From positions 2,046,001 through 2,110,000 of the forward strand of contig OX597838.1 in NCBI GenBank assembly GCA_951406725.2: a stretch of 64,000 bases of DNA, in the 5' to 3' direction. Positions 56,311 through 64,000 of this stretch are shown here, piece by piece. Position numbers and translations under genes: made by a program. The DNA comes from Octopus vulgaris. Taxonomy: Eukaryota. The notes under the pieces were generated by a model. The model was not told where the DNA came from, did not search any database, and was given only the letters and a program-made list of their open reading frames with translations. Position 1 is the stretch's first letter. Each line of letters starts with the position of its first letter.

Positions 56311-57470
56311 GTACAGAAACACAGGAACACACGCATGCACATACCTACGTACATACCTATTTATCAATTATACATATACAGATGTATACACATACCTCTA
56401 CATACACAAACACAAGCATATATATATATATATATATAGAGATAGAGAGAGAGAGAGAGAGAGAGTGAGAAAAATGTGCACATATGTGTGTATGTGATTG
56501 TAGATTTTTAAATATATTTTCGTTTGTCCATGTTAACAAGTTGTTGCTCTCCTTGTTATTCTTCTTGTCTTATCGATGTTGCTGTTGTTCTTGTTCTTTT
56601 GTTGCTGCTGCTGCTGCTGCCGATGCTGGTTTCCCCACTCCTTACTCTCGCTCCACCCATCCTCCTCTCATCCGTGCTTCGTTGTTCTTTGTTTAATGGC
56701 GGAAGCTCTGGCGATTCGTTAAAGATGACTTTAGAAAAACAAACACCTCGTGGTAATTTCTTCCGCCCCATTTCTACCCTTCTCGGAAATTGTCTTCTAA
56801 CTTCAGTCAACTAAAGAGATACCAGTAATATTCTGTGCTCCACACAATCAACCATATCCACATCTCTGCGTGTGTCTTCTAGTGTCTCTTAGGCACCACA
56901 GACGTTCTTGGTGTTGCTGCTGTCATGGCTGTTGTAATTACTATTGATATCGATTTCGTTGTTGTTGTTGTTGTTGTACTTGCTTTGTTATCATCGTCAT
57001 CGTTTTGGCTGCTACTACTATTGTTGTTGTTGTTATTGTTGTCTTCGTCGTCGTCCTCGTCATCGTCACCAACGTTGTTGCTCTCATAGATTCCTTGCTC
57101 TTTTTCACGCTGACGACAATACTTGTCTCCCCGTTATATCGACGACGGTCACAATATCTCTGCTCGAAGAGCTCCAAGCAAGGAAGGCTATCCATCCAGT
57201 AGCCTTCTGAGCCAAACTGCATCATCCTTTTCAGTGAACACTCATCACGGTCAAGTCATTACCCGCAGTCTTTCGCCACAGCCTCACCGGCCTGCTTCTC
57301 TTTCTTCTTCCTCTTTCAACTGCCCACTCAGTGAAAAGATAATCTGGAACTGGACAGAGAAAAGAAAACTCCGAATGACCCGTCCACGTATTTTTTTTTT
57401 TGCAACATCTGTCTGGATATTTTGCGTTCTTTCCCAGTTTTGTATATATATATATATACATATTTATATA

Positions 57471-57555
<85 letters not shown>

Positions 57556-57620
57556 GTGCATGTATGTATATATGTATATATGTATGAATGTGTACATATA
57601 TGCTTATATGTGTATATATA

Positions 57621-57687
<67 letters not shown>

Positions 57688-58034
57688 CATTGCTAGAATG
57701 CGAATGTGTCGATAGACCAAACCGTTGCTTGTTCAGAAAGCGAAAGAAAAAATTCACCATTTCATAGCAAAACCGTTGTATTACAATTCGACAGTTTCTG
57801 ATATCTTGGCACCTGAAGCACCTGACGAAACAACAGTCAGATCAAAATAAACAGCAATAGCAATGAAAAAATAAATATTGAAAAAAATGTATTCAGCCAA
57901 ATTTGGACATACGACAGTTTAACATAATAGCAGTGATATATACATACATACATGCATCTATATATATATACACACACAAACACACACATATATATGAATA
58001 TATGTGTATATATGTGTGTTTGTATGCATGTATG

Positions 58035-58079
<45 letters not shown>

Positions 58080-58150
58080 CAATGATAAATCGTTAGCCAC
58101 TACACACATTTTTTTATCTCCTTGTTTCTCTCCTTGTTTTTTTCTGTGTC

Positions 58151-58188
58151 CTTTTCTGTAAGAGAGCGTAGGCTCGAAACGTAAAAGG
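58151..58188 (+). ncRNA. Ultra-minimal hammerhead-like motif with a core insertion (PLE-type fragment about 58080-58280)
   Basis: CUUUU-CUG(U)AAGA-GAGC guag GCUC-GAAAC-GUA-AAAGG; palindromic ACGU in place of helix III. Confidence 0.6.
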
Positions 58189-58576
58189 CCTTTTTCTACT
58201 TCTGAGCGTTATACTAATACGTCTGTTTCTTTTGTACACCACCTGTCTTCGTCTTTTGTTTTTTTCGTAAACTCTTCCTATATATATGTATGTATATATG
58301 CATACATATCCGCTTATATGATAAGGAATCAAAACAAAGATTATATATATATAAATAAATAAGTGCGTCTGTGTGAGTATCAGTGTACTTACGTATGGAT
58401 ATGAGCATGCGTAGGCGAGTCTATGAGTGGAGTAATCTATTAGCTGAGATTAACATAAGTGACTGTAAGCCCTTGAGTAATTTCTCAGTAGCAATGTCGG
58501 CTACTAAAATGTTATACGTATACACACATATCTCATACGATATGTTATATAGAGATATGTGTATTTATATAATACG

Positions 58577-58634
<58 letters not shown>

Positions 58635-58676
58635 GTGTGTGTGTATGTATGTATGTACATCTATACAAGTATACAT

Positions 58677-58721
<45 letters not shown>

Positions 58722-58850
58722 TAAACATATATTCATATACATACAAGAGTGTGTGCACGTATGTCTACATATTTATGCCCGTATATAACGTATGTAAGTG
58801 TGTCTCTACAGATATATATATATATACACATATATATATATGACTATATA

Positions 58851-58932
<82 letters not shown>

Positions 58933-59156
58933 CATACAGACACGTATATATCTTTTCATTGAGGAGTGTTTGTTTACAAAGTGTTCTATATTCAATCAAT
59001 AAAAGACGACTTTCAGATCAAGCAATGATGTTGGTGATATCATTGATAACAGCGTCCATAGTCAGGCTTGAGTCACACCGTTTGATGTTGAGCCGGGCGA
59101 AATTCAGCGTCGCTAAATCAACCGCAAAAGGATGTACAACTACACACGCAGGCACG

Positions 59157-59220
<64 letters not shown>

Positions 59221-59501
59221 TATATACACATACACGTATATGTATGCACTCACAAAAACCTATATACGCACTCCGATATACACACATATTTTTACACATG
59301 CACAAACACACACACAACACACACATATGTACATTGTGACACGCTCAGGCGTGTATAGAGAGGAATATATATATATATATATCATCATAAATATGCCTAT
59401 ACACACTTGTATGTACGTATGTATGTATATATATATATATATATATATACAGCTAGACTGTATAACTAGTATATATACATATATAAATATGAATATGTAT
59501 G

Positions 59502-59536
<35 letters not shown>

Positions 59537-59817
59537 GTATATCTACATCCATATATATATGTATGTGCATGTGCATGTACATACGCGTGTGCGCGATTGT
59601 TTGTGTGTGTGTGTGTGTGAGCATTTGTGTGTATGTCTATGTGTGTGTGTGTATGTGTGTCTGTGTGTGAGTGTGAGTGTTATGCGCCGATATTTATGAG
59701 AAAAGGTAGAAACCATTATAACCTGATTATTATTGAATATTCTGAATCCGAACACGAAAGAAACGGTTAAATACACGTGGAGATAGGATTACAACCACAA
59801 CAAGTACATCGGCAGTG

Positions 59818-59861
<44 letters not shown>

Positions 59862-60554
59862 AATAATAATAATAATAATGACACCTCAACCACGGCAACA
59901 AGAATTTGGTATTCATAACGAAGATATTGTGTGTGTGTGTGTGTGTATACTTTTGTGTCTGTATATTTGTGTATTTAGCAGACGTCAGTAAAGTAGGGAG
60001 TCGTGTCGCTTATGTCACTAAATAATACTATTTGGCATTTGTATCATTTCTAAAATCACTGTGTTATCTCTCTCTCTCTCTCTCACTCTGCATTTGGACA
60101 TTGTCAAAGAGTATTGGTACCGATTTACAGATTTGTTATTGAGAAAACCAGCCACAGCCAGCTTTTTGACTGAAGCTAATTGCCGCGGCGTCGGATACAG
60201 AAGACCGAAAATCAGGTCGACATAGAAAAGAATACAAAAAAAAACATTAAAAATTCCATCAAAAAGAAATCAACAAGTAAGCAACGCCACAACAACAAAA
60301 TGGTAAACAAAGGGAATAGTGTGAGTAGAATGTTTATCCGTTGAGTGTGATTGCAAATTCCAGTCTCTGTCTCAGAATGGAGGCAAGAGATAAGTTGAAG
60401 ATACAAAAATCGCGGTCTGCTTCAACGATCGCGGTCACGCCATTTTTTGTTGTATGTATTCTTAATATCGTATGTAAACTGTGATAAAAACGTTTCTGTT
60501 ATACGCATACACAAATACACACACACACATATATATATATATATGTATATATAA

Positions 60555-60602
<48 letters not shown>

Positions 60603-60634
60603 ATATATATATATGTATGTATGTATATATATAC

Positions 60635-60697
<63 letters not shown>

Positions 60698-60698
<1 letters not shown>

Positions 60699-61090
60699 TA
60701 GCAGAGATACCCGGCGTTGCTCGTGTTACATACAATTGAAGAATTAGACTTTTCTGTTATATTTTCTCTAATGAACTGGAATATCTATGTTTCGAATTTC
60801 ATAAAATTGCAGATGAGGGATACTTTCCTCTTCACAAAGCCCCCTAAAATTGTAATCGTGCCACATATATCCCATTCTACTAATTTTTATGCGCATATTC
60901 CAAAATTCCAGTCTTATTGAACCTGTTAAAAGGATTTTGCTCCTGAAAAATGGAGGTCGTGGAGTTCTAAAATGTGAGAGTTAACGCCCTTATTGGGGGT
61001 AGCATCTTAATGTCAACCACAGAAGTTGAATTGTTGAGAATGTTTTAACTTGGGTCTTATATCTATTGTTTGAATTTCAATCAAATGTTT
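60698..61090 (-). mobile_element. Helitron-like non-autonomous element, 3' end
   Basis: Minus strand acacgagcaacgccgggt (GC hairpin) atctctg CTAG|T at 60698, next to (TA)n. The distal boundary is uncertain. Confidence 0.65.
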
Positions 61091-62260
61091 TCACCAAATA
61101 ATTACAACACGTGACTACATATCACTGATGCATCACATCAATATATCTGCTGGTTACTTTCTACAACTACGCTACATATTCAGATCACGTGTTATACCAC
61201 GTGACTACATCGCTCAAGAAGTCTCACTTGGTCAGAATCTCACTTGGTCAGCGAAATCTTTTAAAATTTCATGAAGCCATCTTTTGAAAATATGGTCAGT
61301 TCAAAGAGAGCTGGCCCTTAAAGGAGAAGAGTCCATAAAACAACAACAAGCACAATATCGACAATAATAACTACAACATCAACAACATCAACAACAGCAC
61401 CAACAATAACAACAATGCGTAAATGGCCTGCTGTGAATTAAAGTAGAAATCTTCATTTGCAGCCGCTAAAATTGTCCTCGGCCACAACCACATGGTTAAA
61501 GATGTAATTACTGCTGTGTCCTCGATCTTTGAACACCAAGATAATGTAAAATCAATCATTTGAGGCCAATCACAGTATTTTACGATCATTTTACTCTGCT
61601 ATTAAATTTCTATTATTCACTATTTGTCATTTATTTCGATCGCTGCTGCTGTTTCTTGCTTTTACTTCTCTCTATTATTATATATTGCAGTTATTGCTGC
61701 TGCTGTCCCCGCTGCTGCTACTGCTGCTGCTGTTGCTGTTGTTGTTGCTGTTGTTGTTGTTTTTGTCTAGAGTAAGCAATGAGACATCAGACTTATAATC
61801 ACAATTTATCTAGGTCGACAGAACGCCATCTGACGACGCGGACTTTGTTTCCGCTTTCAATAATCTGAGAGGACCGACGGGAATGGCCGACATTAGGTCC
61901 TCACTTCACTTCCTTCACTCTCTAGCCACAACTTACTTATGTCCTGTTTATAAACTGCACGGGGTGGGCGAATGTGCCAACATCGATTTTATATATATGT
62001 ATATATAAAAGTAAAATGAAGTATTATAAGCAGCTCTTTTAATGATGAATTTTAAAACGCACACACACATACACACACATGCACACACACGCGCATATAA
62101 ACTCACACACACGCGCATATAAACTCACACACAACTACAAACACACAAGCATTTTACTCTGCGTGCCAATTGTATATAAATATATGTATAGATATATATT
62201 ACATATATATATGTGCGTGTGTGTGTGTGTGTCCATATATATGAATATATATATATATAG

Positions 62261-62345
<85 letters not shown>

Positions 62346-62349
62346 TATA

Positions 62350-62482
62350 CATAACTTTTAACTTTTATTTTTTCAGTCATTAGTCTACGACCATCCTGGG
62401 GCACCAACTAGAGCATTTTTAGTAAGAACGAATCAACCCTAGTCCTTTTTTTTAAAAAAGCCTCGTACTTATTCTATCAGCC
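62350..62482 (-). mobile_element. SINE family B 3' fragment
   Basis: tttcagtcatt..ctacgaccatcctggggcacc...gtacttattctatc. Confidence 0.7.
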
Positions 62483-62992
62483 ATCCTCTTAGAGCCATTT
62501 GCATTTCTGTGCGTGGTACGTACAACCGGAAGGAAGTCCTGATGGACAGAGAATTTCTTTAATTCGATATAAGATATGTACTTCGGCATGCTTCTTCAAC
62601 GAAATTTTGAAGTTACAATGAATTCCTTCCAAATACATTTGTTTGAAAGTATTTGCGTATGATGGTGTGTATTTGTTTTGTATGTGCATTTAAAAAACAA
62701 TAAGTTTTATAAAACTAGTCTCGTTTCCTCCTCTTTACAATTTGTCAAAGACTGTCTCTGACAAACTCGGCCAAGATATTTTTTTTGCGAATTTAAAAAA
62801 ATATAAATACATCCACTTCGCATTTATGAATTCAGTACATTTTTCAAAATTGCTTTCTTTCCCTCGTTTATTTTTCTAACGGAAACATACAATAAAAGCG
62901 ACAATAACAACAACAACAACACACGCCAATATGTTGTATATATATATATATGTATGTATGCATGTATGTGTGTATGTTCATGTATATATATG

Positions 62993-63024
<32 letters not shown>

Positions 63025-63074
63025 TATATACATACATATATATATACATATATATATAGATATGTATATATATG

Positions 63075-63149
<75 letters not shown>

Positions 63150-64000
63150 GGATAGAGAGACAGAGCGAGAGAGAGATTATAGTGTTTGAGATAAAAAATA
63201 TGTTTCCTCTTTTATTGAACATTGAATGAGTAAAGAGAATGAGATGAATTATAAATCTTATTTGAGAATTAGTCAAAATTTTGACAATGTAAAGCGACGT
63301 TAGTAATGGCGATGACGAACATCAGCTGTTTTCGTTTCATGCTGGCGCAAATGACTCTATTGTAACAACCTATTGTGGCTGCTTATTATATTGTACTTTG
63401 TCATGATTATCGAGGTTGGTAGCGGTGGTGAGGGTGTAAGCAATTGCGGTGGTGGTCGTGGTCCTGGTGTTTCCGATGGATGTAGCAAAGTGGTAGTGGT
63501 GCTGGGAGGATGGTACTGCTTTTGGTAGAAAAATTCTTCTTGTTGATTTTCGTGGTGGTGGTGGTGGTGGTGGTGGTGGCGGAGTGCTGTTGCCGGTTTG
63601 TTGTTTTAGCTGTCGATGGAATACGTGGTGATGTTGCTGGTGGCAATATTTGTGGACAGTGTGGTGTGGTCGCAGCATTGATGGTGACCAAGGATGGTTT
63701 TGTGGCCAGTGGGGAAAGTTCTACTTAAAACTTCAATGTCCTTTGTTGTTGTTGTTGCTCCTGCTGCTGCTGTCGTTTCGACCAAGGCTAGAAATGTTAT
63801 AATCAAATACAGCTCTTATCAAATGCAACCCAACCGTGACCATCCGGTCTTTCACTTCTCTTCAAGGAACACACAAAAACGTTATCCAAAGTGTCTGTGT
63901 TTAAGATGGTAGGGAGTAGTTTACGCGAGATTTAGCTGTTGCATCTAGCAATATGTAGAGGCCCACACCGATGGTGGGGATGTTTGTGGAAAGGGGTAAT

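Noticed and set aside
57795-57843. GAAAC-AACA-GTC preceded by ctgaag
   Set aside because: Core incomplete and no stem II.

Overview
Eukaryotic, AT-rich, extremely microsatellite-dense non-coding DNA. The SINE families and repeat landscape look like an octopus (cephalopod) genome; this is recognition from memory, not a search. I can support no host protein-coding exon, and almost all track ORFs are microsatellite read-throughs. Supported content: about 20 tRNA-derived SINE copies or fragments of three families; 5'-truncated or decayed non-LTR retrotransposons (CR1-like with an open RT frame, RTE, L1/Tx1, R4/Dong); three Tc1/mariner relics (one DD37D, one palindromic derivative); a Helitron 3' end; and many Penelope-like element (PLE) fragments next to (TA)n. 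The most interesting signal is a set of minimal type-I hammerhead ribozyme motifs in these PLE-type fragments. The best one (28781-28823, minus strand) is structurally intact and lies in a perfect 93-bp inverted repeat whose inner boundary falls within 1 nt of the predicted self-cleavage site. A SINE head fused at an identical junction to an antisense R4/Dong LINE 3' end occurs twice.
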